A stretch of DNA of 64,000 bases, taken from Candidatus Synoicihabitans sp. (GTDB taxonomy: Bacteria > Verrucomicrobiota > Verrucomicrobiia > Opitutales > Opitutaceae). Within the stretch, counting starts at the first letter, position 1; every line of letters begins with the position of its first letter. A model generated the notes under the pieces. It had not been told where the DNA came from. It searched no databases and saw nothing but the letters and a program-made list of their open reading frames with translations. Of this stretch, positions 27,705 to 37,809 are shown piece by piece. A program made the translations under genes and the position numbers. The stretch lies in the NCBI GenBank assembly GCA_965203585.1, contig CBDBDC010000001.1, positions 4,021 to 68,020 of the forward strand, read 5' to 3'.

Positions 27705-30700
27705 CGTGGGGTGGATGGCCGCCCCCGAACACGCGCCACCCGATCTCGATCGGTGTGCGCCATAACCGGCGTGCAAGATCGCTGCGGCGTTCGCGCAGCA
27801 GACCTGCCAGAAGGAGCAACGGCGCAATCGAGCTCGCCAATTGCGCCAGAGAGCGTGGTGCCCCTGGATATGTGCTGGGTCTGCCGTCCGGCCAGCGCTC
27901 GACCAGGCCCGCGCGCAGCCAGTCGTCGACCCGGCTCTCGCGGCCGGACTCGAACTGTTTGCCGCCTGCAAACCGGTGCGTCACCGACTCGGCGCCGAGT
28001 CGCACGTTGGCGGTCATCGGTCCCGGCCGATCCGAAACGACCGTTGCGACCGCGCGCCCGGGTGCCTGCACGTCGAATTCGAGCGGCACTTCGGTCCCGT
28101 CGCGGTGCACGAGCCGCCCGCGTGGTGTATCGCCGGCCGCGCCGTTGTCGGCGCCGATCCGGACGACACCGGGTGCCCGGGTGAGCCGAAGCTGCAGTCC
28201 GGCGCTGCCGTCGCGGCTCGAGACCCAGGACGCGAGTCGCGGGACGAATTCGGGCATCTCGCGCAGCCACCTGTCCGGAATGCCTCCCGGCAGCGCGGCG
28301 ACGAACCCGGCGCCGACCGGCCACGCGGCGAGTATCGGGTCGCCGCGATCCGACCGCAGGTACACGACCGCTCCATCCCGTGACCGGGTTGTGGCGTAGC
28401 CGTCGACCGGAGGCCAGACCTGCGGAACGTCGAATGGCAATCTTTGGTCCGGAACGACGGTCGCGCGTTCGCGAAGATACGGGCGCAGCTCGGCCTCGAC
28501 GCTCCTGCGTGTCAGGGCCGGTAGTCTCGACTGCGCGACGACGTCGAACAGCCGCCCGTCGACCCGCTCGACCATGCCCTGGAGGCTTGCGCCGGCGGAC
28601 CCGACGGCCAGCGTGATCAGCGAAATGTCCGCGTCCCGCATTCGACGTTCGACACCTGCCGTTGACTCTTCGGGCAATTCGCCGTCCGTCAACAGCACTA
28701 CGATGCGCTTGTGGATAGGCGATCGTTCGAGCGCGCCGATCGCGAGCGCCAGCGCGGGGAGCAGCCGCGTGCCGCCGGATGGACGCAACGCGCCGGCGGT
28801 GATCAGCTGTTCCAGCGCGGCGCGATCCGTCAGCGGCAACAGCTCGCGAGCCTGCGTATCGAAACCGACGACGCCGACGGTGTCCCGTGCGCCCAGAGCA
28901 CGCGCTGTCTCGCTTATGGCGGACACCGCGACCGGCATGACGGCCGCCATGCTGCCGGACGTGTCCACGACGAATTCGACGGCCAGCGCCGGTCGCGGTC
29001 GGCGCGGCTCGGACAGTACCGGAAGTGCGGCTTCCAGTACGCTGCCCCGGTATCCGCCGGCGCCAAACGAATTTGCGCCGCCCGATACTATGACGCCGAG
29101 GCCGTCGGTCCTGACCGCGTGCGTGACCGCGCGCCACTCACCTTCAGTAAGCCGGGTCGCGGAAACGTCGTCGAGTATCAGGACACCCAGTCTGCCGGCA
29201 AAGTCCGGTCCGGCGGTTTCGTCAGGATCGCGCGCCATCCGCGCCGCCGTGTCGGCGCCGACGTCTGCAACGAGCCACCCGTTGTCGCGCAGTGCGCGGG
29301 CAACGCCCGACGCGCGCTCCGAGACGACGGCGGCCAGCGGTGGCCCCGTGACGTTGATGTACGCCGCCTCGGTCCTGGTCAGACGCTCCGGCGTGCTGCT
29401 GCCGGCTGCGGAACCGTCGCTGCCGGGTACGGCGGCGACGTCCAGGTGCCACTCGTGTGCACCCGCTGACAGCCGTCCGAACGGCAGCGCGACTGCCCGT
29501 GGCCTGCCTGCTGGCAACGCCACGTCACGCGCCGTCCGCACTCTGTCGTCGACGGCCAGCGCTACCCGTACACGCTGATCCGACCGGCTGGTCAGGGTGG
29601 CCGCGACCCAGACCGGCTGATCCGCTCGCGCGCGCTCGGGTGCGACCACGTGTTCGACGCGAAGCGGTTTCTGCACTGACTCCACCACGCTGACGGAGAC
29701 CGACACACCAGCGTTTCGCGCGCGTTCGAGCGCGACCGATGCGGTGCCGAGGTTCTCGATGCCGTCAGTCACCAGAATCAGATCGCTTGGTTGTCCGGGG
29801 TCGATAAGGCCCAGTGCAGCGGTCAAGCCCGCCGCAACGTTCGACCCGCCGGGATCGACATAGCGCGTTGAAGGGGCCTGTTGCAAACCAATCGGCGTCA
29901 GCGTCCGTTCGACAACCGCATTCGCGCCAAAGCGGACAACGGCCAGACGACTCGCGGGGGCGAGCCGCGAGACGTCGGCTGCCGCGTCTCGCGACGCGTC
30001 GTCCCGGGAGGAACTGGCCATGCTATCGGAGGCGTCCACGACGAGGACAACGTCCCGTGCCGGCCGGCCGCCGGGCAGGTCGGGATCCCAGAGCGCAAGC
30101 GCGAGCAGCAGGCAGGCGCCCATTCGTGGCAGCGCGGACCAGCAGGTGATGCCGATCGTCGCGTGCAGCAGGATCAGATCGATAGCGATCAGCACCAGCG
30201 CCGCGGCCAGCAGCAGCCGGGTCAGCGTGGTCGAGCTGCCGGGCGACGCGGCCGGGAGACGATTGCCGGATGTGGCCGACGGCGCCTCGGCGGTCAGTTG
30301 ACGCGGGATGATGACTGAAGCGAACGCTGGCCGCGTCGCGCGCGGGGCAGGGTCGAGCAGGTCGCGGCCGACCACGTATGTAAACAGCGCGTCGACAAGC
30401 AGCGGCAGTTCCGGGCGAGTCGCCAGATGAGGGTGAGCCAGATCGAGCCACACGTCGATGCTGCCCGCGACGTCGGGGTCCGCCGTGACCAGCGGCCGGG
30501 CGCCGGCGCCGAGCAGCACGCGGTCAGCGCCGGTCGGGACCGCCGGCGGCGACCGCAGCCAAGGGCCATACAACACGAAACGCGGTTCGGCATGCCAGAT
30601 GGCCACGGCATCAGACGGCAGTTCGGTTGTCGGCTGACTCGAGTGGATCCGCACGGTGCGAGCCAACGGGACACCGCGGCCGGGTGCGCAGTCGACGCGG

Positions 30701-31722
30701 ATATCGGCGCTGGCCGTGGTCGGCCGCAGCCCCGGGTGGGTGCTCAATGCGGCTGTCAACGTCCGTGGACAGTCGCCCGCGTGGGCAATGCTCACGTTCA
30801 GCGGCACCAGCGGGTCCAGCGCCAGAAACAGGTTGTCGTCATCCGCCAATGCGTCCGGTTCCGTCAACGATGCATGAATGACTTGATCATCACTGCTCAA
30901 GGACACGACGAGGTTTCGGCGCTCACCAGGTGCGATCGTCAGCTCATCGAACCGCCGGATGGTCTGCTTCCCGCCGTAGCTGACGACAAGACTACGCCGC
31001 GCGATCCGTTCCCCGTGGTTCTGGATCGTGACAGTCGCCTGGATACCGCCGGTCCCGGAACCGCCGGCGGTGCGGCGGGCACCAATGGCCTGGACGCCGA
31101 CGTTCTCCGTTTCTTCACCAACATGGATGACGCGTTGCATACGCGCTGCAAGATTCGCGGTCTCCTCAGACGCGCCGTCTGTGACAAGCCAGTGAACGCT
31201 CGGGTCCGCAACAGCTGGCAGCGCCGGTGGCAGCGAGCGCCAGTCGTCGCCGGGTTCGGCCAACGCGGCGCGTGCCGCATCGATATCGGCGTGAACCACT
31301 GCCGGGTTGCTGAGCGAGCGATACTCGATCGCCGGACCCGGTTCGGGAAGCGAGGCCACTGCGCGGCCGACCTCGTCCAGCGCGCGGTCGAGTCGCGTCT
31401 GGCCGTGTCGATACGCATACATGCTCGCGCTGTCGTCGATCCAGACCCGCAGCGTCGACGTGCGTTGGTCCACCAGATCCGGCCCGGCCAGCGCAACCAC
31501 GATCAGCGCAAACGTCGCCGCGCGCAGGAACCATATTCGATCCGGTCGAGTGCGCATCTGCCCGGCGATCGGATCGGCTGTGTGCTCCCGCCACAGAAAC
31601 AGCGCCGGAATCCGCAGTATGCGGCTGGCATCGTGGAAGCGATGCAGCCACCGGATGATCAGCACGCCGCCGAGGGCGGCAAGCCACGCGGGCGCGTCGA
31701 GCACCAGCGTTGCGTCGGTCAC
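27670..31722 (-). CDS. Giant membrane protein with a BatA-like N-terminal double-TM segment and three VWA (MIDAS) modules
   Basis: N-terminus LDAPAWLAALGGVLIIRWLHRF resembles the aerotolerance BatA N-terminal region. D-x-S-x-S motifs occur at WIDDSASM, VVDASDSM and VVDTSGSM, the last followed by LLTDGE. The GTG start at 31722 overlaps the DUF58 stop (GTGA). Confidence 0.75.
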   Translation of the reverse strand: MTDATLVLDAPAWLAALGGVLIIRWLHRFHDASRILRIPALFLWREHTADPIAGQMRTRPDRIWFLRAATFALIVVALAGPDLVDQRTSTLRVWIDDSASMYAYRHGQTRLDRALDEVGRAVASLPEPGPAIEYRSLSNPAVVHADIDAARAALAEPGDDWRSLPPALPAVADPSVHWLVTDGASEETANLAARMQRVIHVGEETENVGVQAIGARRTAGGSGTGGIQATVTIQNHGERIARRSLVVSYGGKQTIRRFDELTIAPGERRNLVVSLSSDDQVIHASLTEPDALADDDNLFLALDPLVPLNVSIAHAGDCPRTLTAALSTHPGLRPTTASADIRVDCAPGRGVPLARTVRIHSSQPTTELPSDAVAIWHAEPRFVLYGPWLRSPPAVPTGADRVLLGAGARPLVTADPDVAGSIDVWLDLAHPHLATRPELPLLVDALFTYVVGRDLLDPAPRATRPAFASVIIPRQLTAEAPSATSGNRLPAASPGSSTTLTRLLLAAALVLIAIDLILLHATIGITCWSALPRMGACLLLALALWDPDLPGGRPARDVVLVVDASDSMASSSRDDASRDAAADVSRLAPASRLAVVRFGANAVVERTLTPIGLQQAPSTRYVDPGGSNVAAGLTAALGLIDPGQPSDLILVTDGIENLGTASVALERARNAGVSVSVSVVESVQKPLRVEHVVAPERARADQPVWVAATLTSRSDQRVRVALAVDDRVRTARDVALPAGRPRAVALPFGRLSAGAHEWHLDVAAVPGSDGSAAGSSTPERLTRTEAAYINVTGPPLAAVVSERASGVARALRDNGWLVADVGADTAARMARDPDETAGPDFAGRLGVLILDDVSATRLTEGEWRAVTHAVRTDGLGVIVSGGANSFGAGGYRGSVLEAALPVLSEPRRPRPALAVEFVVDTSGSMAAVMPVAVSAISETARALGARDTVGVVGFDTQARELLPLTDRAALEQLITAGALRPSGGTRLLPALALAIGALERSPIHKRIVVLLTDGELPEESTAGVERRMRDADISLITLAVGSAGASLQGMVERVDGRLFDVVAQSRLPALTRRSVEAELRPYLRERATVVPDQRLPFDVPQVWPPVDGYATTRSRDGAVVYLRSDRGDPILAAWPVGAGFVAALPGGIPDRWLREMPEFVPRLASWVSSRDGSAGLQLRLTRAPGVVRIGADNGAAGDTPRGRLVHRDGTEVPLEFDVQAPGRAVATVVSDRPGPMTANVRLGAESVTHRFAGGKQFESGRESRVDDWLRAGLVERWPDGRPSTYPGAPRSLAQLASSIAPLLLLAGLLRERRSDLARRLWRTPIEIGWRVFGGGHPPHVRTRRRASALR

Positions 31723-32639
31723 GCAGACTTCCCGTGAACTCCGGCCGGAAACGCGACGCCGGGAACCCGCGCGGTGAGGTGGGTCAGCACGGCCGCTTGC
31801 CACGTGTCGCCGGTGTCGGCCGACGTGATATGGATGCCTCGCGCCGCTGCCAGTCGCGCCAACGCGTGGGCAAGCGCGCGCTCGGAATCGTGCATGTGCG
31901 CAACCGACCGCTCGTCGACGGTTACGGCCAGACGTTCGCCGGTTTCGGCGTCTTCAAGCGCGTGCGGCCCCGCGGGCAGCCGGCGCGACGCGCTCCGGTC
32001 GGTAATGTGAATCGCCCGGGCCACACGGCCCCGGCTCATGCGGGACAGCTGCGCGCTCATGGCATCAGGCGCTAGGAAATCGCTGATCACGACCAGCGGC
32101 TGCGCGCCTCGGATGTAGCGCAGGCACGTGCTCACCTGTGATCCCCCGCCGGCGGTTCCGGGCGTCCTGTCACGCAGGTGTCGGAGTATTCGCGCGTACT
32201 GCAGTCTGCCGCGCCCGAGCGGTACCAGGTCGTCGACGTCGTCGCTGAACACCAGGACTCCGGTCCGGCAGCCAACCTGCAGCGCGAGATAAGCCAGCGC
32301 CGCGGCGATCTGAATGGCCAGCCGCCACGGAGCTCCGGCCATCAACGCGCTGCCGTCCAGACACAGCCACCAGTCCGCGCCGCGCTCGTCGACGTTGCGC
32401 CGGGTCAGCATCGTGCCCGCGCGCCCGGACGCCTTCCAATCGATACGTCGCGCGTCGCTACCCTGCTCGAACGGTGCGTAGTCGAGAAACTCGGCGCCGC
32501 TTCCGGGCTGGTCCACCTGGCCAGCGCCGCCCCGCGCGTTCAGCACAGACCGAGCGAGTACGTCCGCGGCCAGAGGCGTCAGCCGATCGAGCGCCAGCGT
32601 GTCGACGTCGGCAAGCGTCTGAGAGGGCGAGTCAGGCAT
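31719..32639 (-). CDS. DUF58 family protein (MoxR-associated, VWA-like)
   Basis: FLDYAPFEQGSDARRIDWKASGRAG is the DUF58 signature region. The gene is sandwiched between MoxR and the VWA protein. Confidence 0.8.
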   Translation of the reverse strand: MPDSPSQTLADVDTLALDRLTPLAADVLARSVLNARGGAGQVDQPGSGAEFLDYAPFEQGSDARRIDWKASGRAGTMLTRRNVDERGADWWLCLDGSALMAGAPWRLAIQIAAALAYLALQVGCRTGVLVFSDDVDDLVPLGRGRLQYARILRHLRDRTPGTAGGGSQVSTCLRYIRGAQPLVVISDFLAPDAMSAQLSRMSRGRVARAIHITDRSASRRLPAGPHALEDAETGERLAVTVDERSVAHMHDSERALAHALARLAAARGIHITSADTGDTWQAAVLTHLTARVPGVAFPAGVHGKSA

Positions 32640-33630
32640 CAGGCAGACAGTCAGAAACCAGGTCGGTCAGAATGGCGTCTGGCGTGAGCCCTTCGAGCTC
32701 GGCTTCCACGCTGAGCAGCACCCGATGGCGCAGCGCGGGAAGCGCCACGCCGCGCAGGTCGTCGAAGTCGACCTGAACCCGGCCTCGCAGCAACGCCGCG
32801 ACCCTTGCCGATCGCAGGAGCGCCTGCAGACCACGCGGACTTGCCCCGTACCGCAGCTGTCCCGCGGGTGATGATGGCCGGGCGGATCCAGGCTGCGTTG
32901 CCTGCACGAGCGCGACGGCAGCATCGATGACCGGTCCGGAGAACTGAACGTCCCGACCCGCTGTGATGATTCGATTCGCACCGGAGCCGTCGACGGCGGG
33001 TTGCAGCGTATCCGCCGGTTCTTCGTCGAGGGATACGTCGATCAGCGCGCGTAACGTGTCGACATCGGGAAACGGCACCGTCAGCTTGAACAGGAACCGA
33101 TCGAGCTGCGCTTCCGGGAGCGGGTAGGTGCCTTCGAGTTCGATCGGGTTCTGTGTCGCGACGACCCAGAACGGATCCGGCAGCGGGTAACGCCGACCGC
33201 CATAGGTGACCTGGCGCTCCTGCATTGCCTCGAGCAGCGCCGACTGCGACCTGGGCGTCGCGCGGTTGATCTCGTCGATCAGAACCAGCGACGCAAACAC
33301 GGGGCCGGGTCGGAATTCGAGAACGGACGACCCGTCGGCGCCGGTCACCAGCGTGTCGGCGCCGACGACGTCGGCCGGCATCAGGTCCGGCGTACACTGG
33401 ATGCGCGCCAGCCTGTGACCGAGCAGCGCCGCGAGCGCTTTGACCAGATGCGTCTTGCCGAGCCCTGGCAGACCTTCGATCAGCACGTGGCCTCCCGCAA
33501 ACAACGCGACGACCAGGTGTTCGACCAGCGCCTGCTGCCCGACGATGACGCCGCCTAGGCCGTCGACCAGCCGCCGCAGGTCGCGTTCTGCCGCCAGGAA
33601 GTTCTGCTCCGGGTCTGCGTGGTCGTTCAT
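32632..33630 (-). CDS. MoxR-family AAA+ ATPase
   Basis: Walker A GLPGLGKTHLVKALA, Walker B VLIDEINRATPRSQSALLEAMQERQVT and the MoxR C-terminal region. Confidence 0.9.
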   Translation of the reverse strand: MNDHADPEQNFLAAERDLRRLVDGLGGVIVGQQALVEHLVVALFAGGHVLIEGLPGLGKTHLVKALAALLGHRLARIQCTPDLMPADVVGADTLVTGADGSSVLEFRPGPVFASLVLIDEINRATPRSQSALLEAMQERQVTYGGRRYPLPDPFWVVATQNPIELEGTYPLPEAQLDRFLFKLTVPFPDVDTLRALIDVSLDEEPADTLQPAVDGSGANRIITAGRDVQFSGPVIDAAVALVQATQPGSARPSSPAGQLRYGASPRGLQALLRSARVAALLRGRVQVDFDDLRGVALPALRHRVLLSVEAELEGLTPDAILTDLVSDCLPDA

Positions 33631-33687
33631 GTTACCTCTGTTGCTTGATTCGCCCGGGCGCGACGGTTGATGGCTGGTTGGATGGGA

Positions 33688-34716
33688 TCACGGGTCGCGC
33701 TCGGTCGACGGTGTCTCAGCGTCGGCATAAGCAGCCGCGTAAGCCGCCGCATAACGTCGCTCGGCGTGCCGCAGGGCCCCTCGACGCGTCGGTGAGGCTG
33801 GTGCTGGTCGGAAGCCGTCGACTGAGCGGCGCGCGGTTCCCTTGCCGGATCGTCGACCCGGGCTCGTCGGAATGCCGGCCGCGCCCGGGCCGTCGATGTC
33901 GAGTTCGAGTATTTCGCGCGCGAAACCCCGCGCGGATGCTGGGGTTTCCGCGTCCGCTTCAATCCCGCGTCGGCTCGTTCCGGCGCCGCGCGCGGACTCG
34001 GTGACGATCGCGGCGCTGGCCCGACCGGCCGTCGTGGCACGGTTTACCGGGTCGCGCCGTAGCGCGTCGCGTCGCTGCGTCGTTGCGTCCGGATCCGCGG
34101 AATCGCGGCTCGACTGCTGCTGCGCCACGGATTGCCGCCGTCGGGGCTGCCCGCGTGGGTCCGGCGCTTCGATGGCCGGCTCCGCCGTAGTCCCGGTCTC
34201 GATGGCGTCGAATGCGACCGGCCGTGCCGCGGGCGTGTGTCCCGGTGCCGCGAGAACGGCAATCCCCGCGAGCGTCGCCAACGCTGCCGGCACCAGGTAC
34301 CTCGGCCGGGTTGGCGCCGACAGTTCGCCCAGCCGGGAGTCGACCTTCGCAACGAACTCACCGGCACGCCGATACACGACGCGCTGGCCCGGGGTCTTAT
34401 CGCGTGCCGCCGTTGCCGAGCCCTCGACCGCAGTCGTCAGCAGCTGTCGGGCGCCGAGACGACGGTCCGCTATCTGTGCGGCGGCACCGCGGTCGACGCG
34501 ACCACGCAACAGTCCGTCGAGCGCTGCCGCCGCGACCGGCGCGACAAAAAGCAGGACCGCAACGACAACCGGCACGGCGGCGGCAAAACGGTGAATGACG
34601 GCCGCGGCGACGAGTGCGCTGGCACCGACGACCGCGCCCTGCATGCCGCGGGTCAGCACGGTGGCCAACCACAGGCGTTGCCGCGCCCGATCGACAAAGG
34701 TGTCAACGGTCGTCAT
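33688..34716 (-). CDS. Hypothetical membrane-anchored protein with an Arg/Ala/Pro-rich low-complexity tail
   Basis: The ATG at 34716 overlaps the upstream stop (ATGA). Two N-terminal TM helices. No family recognised. Confidence 0.5.
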   Translation of the reverse strand: MTTVDTFVDRARQRLWLATVLTRGMQGAVVGASALVAAAVIHRFAAAVPVVVAVLLFVAPVAAAALDGLLRGRVDRGAAAQIADRRLGARQLLTTAVEGSATAARDKTPGQRVVYRRAGEFVAKVDSRLGELSAPTRPRYLVPAALATLAGIAVLAAPGHTPAARPVAFDAIETGTTAEPAIEAPDPRGQPRRRQSVAQQQSSRDSADPDATTQRRDALRRDPVNRATTAGRASAAIVTESARGAGTSRRGIEADAETPASARGFAREILELDIDGPGAAGIPTSPGRRSGKGTARRSVDGFRPAPASPTRRGALRHAERRYAAAYAAAYADAETPSTERDP

Positions 34717-35198
34717 AACGGTCCCGTCATCCAGGCGTCGCGCGACCACCAGAGAAGCGCGCAGATCAGCAACGGCAGCGCGCGGACGAGCGGTGCTGAC
34801 AGCGTTCCGGGCAGCGCGCGAACAGCCAGGCCTGCTGCCGTGCTCACCGCGCCGCAGATCAGCAACACAGCCTGGTACCAGATCGCGGTTCTGAGCGGTG
34901 CCGCATTCATCATGAAGGCGAGGTTGATGAACGGCATTGCCGTCAGCGCCAACGACGTGGCCACCGTCGCTGACAGGCGCCATCCCGCGCTACCTGCGGC
35001 GATTGCGCCGAAGGCCGCGACCAGCAATGCCCACGCCGTTGTCAGCGCCGGCAGCCCCGCGCTCGCAGCGGGTGCGAGCCCGGACCCGCCGCGCAACAGC
35101 ATGGCTCCGTACGCGGCGGCCCAGACCGCGCCGGCGACACCAACGCCGACCGCGGCGAGGAACGCAAAGCGCTGCCAGGTCGGTAGTGCGGCGTTCAT
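34713..35198 (-). CDS. Hypothetical polytopic membrane protein (about 161 aa)
   Basis: I chose the ATG at 35198 because it forms an ATGA overlap with the upstream stop. Four hydrophobic helices. The track ORF extends to 35387. Confidence 0.5.
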   Translation of the reverse strand: MNAALPTWQRFAFLAAVGVGVAGAVWAAAYGAMLLRGGSGLAPAASAGLPALTTAWALLVAAFGAIAAGSAGWRLSATVATSLALTAMPFINLAFMMNAAPLRTAIWYQAVLLICGAVSTAAGLAVRALPGTLSAPLVRALPLLICALLWWSRDAWMTGPL

Positions 35199-36721
35199 CG
35201 GCTGACCGTCAGCAGCCATCCGGCGCGCTCGGGCAGTTCGGTCATCAGTACGGCTGCCGGGCCATAAGCGCGCTGACGAAGCTGGCGCTGCGCCGGGGTG
35301 TTGGCCCATCGCCGCGGTTGGGCCGAGGCTGGATCGAACGTCGCCCCCTGCACCAGGGCCGGTACGTCGAATCGTTCGCCGCGCCACGCAAGCACGGCGG
35401 GCTTCGACGCCGCGGTGCCAGTGTTCGTGACCAGCGGTTTCGATGCGGGGCCTGTCAGGCGCAGCCCGGCAGCGACGTCAAACGCGCCGCGCAACAGAAA
35501 TTGTTGCCGCGAGAGGACCGAGCCGTCGATCTTCAGCGTGGCCGGGGACGTGGGGTCCTGCTGGCGTACGACGCGCACCGTTTCGTCGTCGATACGCGTG
35601 ACGGTTGCGCCGTGGGGGACCGTCACATTGGATGCCGACATGCCGCTGCCGGTAACGTCGAGCAGGCGGTCGTACCAGGCGACCGTGTCGCCGCTCGCCA
35701 TTTCAGCCCACACGACGCTGCGAGTGGTAGCGGTGGTGCCGCTCCAGGCGAACCACGCGATTGCGGTCGCCGTGACTGGTGCGCCAAACCACAGCGACCT
35801 GCGCCACGCGGAGACGCTGATGACGGCGAGCGCCGTGAGATACACGGCGATGTAGGCCGCAACCGCCGTCCAGGGCTTGTCCTGCGTCGGCAGCAGCCGC
35901 GCCAACGCGGACGCCCGCGCCAACGCGGACGCCCGCGCCGGCGGGAATGCCGGCAGGTGTGATGGCGGCGCGTTAGGGGCCAGCACAAACGTGGCGGCGC
36001 GTTGCCGGTCGCCAGGATCGTCGCGTCGAAACTCGACCAGCGTCTGCCCGCCGCATGCGTCACGCAGCGCACCGCGGCGGTTTGTTCCGGTCATGACCGC
36101 CACGCGCCGGCAGGCGTGGGCGTATCTAGCCATCGCGCGTTGCTGGCGCGGTGTCAGCCGTACGTACTGTTCCATCGACGTCATCAGGGCGTCGATGGGG
36201 TCGTAGCCCGCGTCTGAAAGTGGCAGCGTGTCGGGCGAGGTCGGCACGAGGACGGCGCCATCGGCGCGCTGGTCGTCCATATCCGGGTTGACGGCCACGA
36301 GGCGCTGGTGTGGCGCGGGAAAGCGGAAGTAGAACAGCGATTCGGCCACAAGCGAGTCGGCGCGGTTTACCGTGACCACGACGGCGCGGTCCGGGGTCGG
36401 GCGAACCGGGGCAACCAGCTTACGTGCCGTTCTCGGCTGCAGCGCGATGTGGATGTGTGTGGGCAGGTGACCGTCGTCGACGACGATGCGGACTGGTCCG
36501 CCGCGGTCGGCGCGCACTTCGATGCGCAGTTCCGCGGAGCGACCGTCAATGGCGTAACCGGACCACGGTGCGCTCAGATCGACGGCCACGGCGTCGGCCG
36601 CCCGGGCCGGGGACACCAGGACTGTAACGAGTGCGATCGTCGCCAGCGAAGCGGCCCGGCCTGCGTTCACGTGCCGGGTGCCCGTCAGCGCACGGCGAGG
36701 TTGAGCGCGATGACCGTCCAC
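35195..36721 (-). CDS. Hypothetical exported/membrane protein (about 490-508 aa)
   Basis: Signal peptide (LATIALVTVLVSPARA) and two internal TM helices. It contains an 18-bp tandem duplication. The start is ATG 36721 or GTG 36670. Confidence 0.5.
   Translation of the reverse strand: MDGHRAQPRRALTGTRHVNAGRAASLATIALVTVLVSPARAADAVAVDLSAPWSGYAIDGRSAELRIEVRADRGGPVRIVVDDGHLPTHIHIALQPRTARKLVAPVRPTPDRAVVVTVNRADSLVAESLFYFRFPAPHQRLVAVNPDMDDQRADGAVLVPTSPDTLPLSDAGYDPIDALMTSMEQYVRLTPRQQRAMARYAHACRRVAVMTGTNRRGALRDACGGQTLVEFRRDDPGDRQRAATFVLAPNAPPSHLPAFPPARASALARASALARLLPTQDKPWTAVAAYIAVYLTALAVISVSAWRRSLWFGAPVTATAIAWFAWSGTTATTRSVVWAEMASGDTVAWYDRLLDVTGSGMSASNVTVPHGATVTRIDDETVRVVRQQDPTSPATLKIDGSVLSRQQFLLRGAFDVAAGLRLTGPASKPLVTNTGTAASKPAVLAWRGERFDVPALVQGATFDPASAQPRRWANTPAQRQLRQRAYGPAAVLMTELPERAGWLLTVSR
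35901..35936. repeat. Perfect 18-bp tandem duplication (GCCAACGCGGACGCCCGC x2) inside a CDS
   Basis: Read directly from the sequence. It encodes ARASAL-ARASAL on the minus strand and is in frame. Confidence 0.9.
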
Positions 36722-37809
36722 GCGGTCACCAGGTTGCGGTCGCCCTCGCCCCAGCGCTTCGAGTCTGGATTGACCCAGGCGCCGTCTTCCAGTTGCAGAC
36801 TCAACAGCTTCGTCGCGAGGTCGTCGCGCCAGTTGCGCGCCTGTCCGCCTTTTGCGGTCAGCGTATCGGCACCGAACGCATACATGCTTTTTGAGAAGAC
36901 GTTGTAGTAGTAAAAAAGGCCCTGGCGGTCGACTGCGCCAGGATTGTCATCCAGCGTGTAGTTGTTCTGAATCCAGTTGTAGGCCGCCTGCACGCGCGGA
37001 TCGTCACGGTCCGTGCCGGCAAACAGCAGGCTCAACAGCCCGGCACTCGTCATGCCGCCGTAAGAGCCCGTGCCGCCATTGGGGCTGTAGCCCGGCATAT
37101 AGGTGAATCCGCCGTCGTTGGCGGCCCATTCCTGGTCGTTACTTTCGCTCCGGTTCTGGCACCGGCTGACGAATGTCAACGCCCGCTGCCAGACGTCGTC
37201 GTCCTCATCGAGGCCGGTGGCGGCCAGCGCTTCCAGCGCCATGTACGCATTCGACAGATCCGGACGTTCGTCGCCGCCGTAGCCGACGCCGCCGTAGTAG
37301 CGGTGGTCGGATTCGTAGCCTTCCTCCGTATCGATCTGCAATCTGATCAGGAACTGTTGGCCACCGGCGATGACATCGGCATACGCCGGGTTGTTCGTCG
37401 CCGCCAGCGCGGTCAGCACGACGGCCGTGTTGTACGCTCGGTTCTGATTGGTTTCGCTGATTGAGCCATCGTCATTGACGTGCCCCAGGATGAAGCGAAT
37501 CGGTCGCTCGATGAACGCGCCGTCGGATTCGTTGTAGCCGCGGTGACTCTCCAGAAACCCACGCAGCGCGAGCGCCGTGATACCGACCGATCCGGACCAG
37601 GAACCGTCTTCCGCCTGCTGCTCGCGCAGATAGTGCAGGCCTTCGTCCGTCGCGCGCTTTGCCTTGCTGCGAAGATCGGGGTCCATCGCCGGGGCGTCGT
37701 CGTCTGCGCCGGCGACCGTGGCGAACAGCAGTGTGGTTATCGTGGCGAGCGTACGGCGCAGGCGTCGACGTCGCGGGCGAGCGTGCGGTTCAGCGTAGAC
37801 AGGATTCAT
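36685..37809 (-). CDS. Secreted prenyltransferase / squalene-cyclase-repeat (alpha/alpha-toroid) protein
   Basis: Arg-rich signal (RPRRRRLRRTLATITTLLFATVAGA). Repeated motifs DGSWSG, DGSISE, YGGVGYGGDERPDLSNAYMALEAL, GGFTY and EDGAWVN are typical of terpene-cyclase/prenyltransferase repeats. Confidence 0.55.
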   Translation of the reverse strand: MNPVYAEPHARPRRRRLRRTLATITTLLFATVAGADDDAPAMDPDLRSKAKRATDEGLHYLREQQAEDGSWSGSVGITALALRGFLESHRGYNESDGAFIERPIRFILGHVNDDGSISETNQNRAYNTAVVLTALAATNNPAYADVIAGGQQFLIRLQIDTEEGYESDHRYYGGVGYGGDERPDLSNAYMALEALAATGLDEDDDVWQRALTFVSRCQNRSESNDQEWAANDGGFTYMPGYSPNGGTGSYGGMTSAGLLSLLFAGTDRDDPRVQAAYNWIQNNYTLDDNPGAVDRQGLFYYYNVFSKSMYAFGADTLTAKGGQARNWRDDLATKLLSLQLEDGAWVNPDSKRWGEGDRNLVTAWTVIALNLAVR

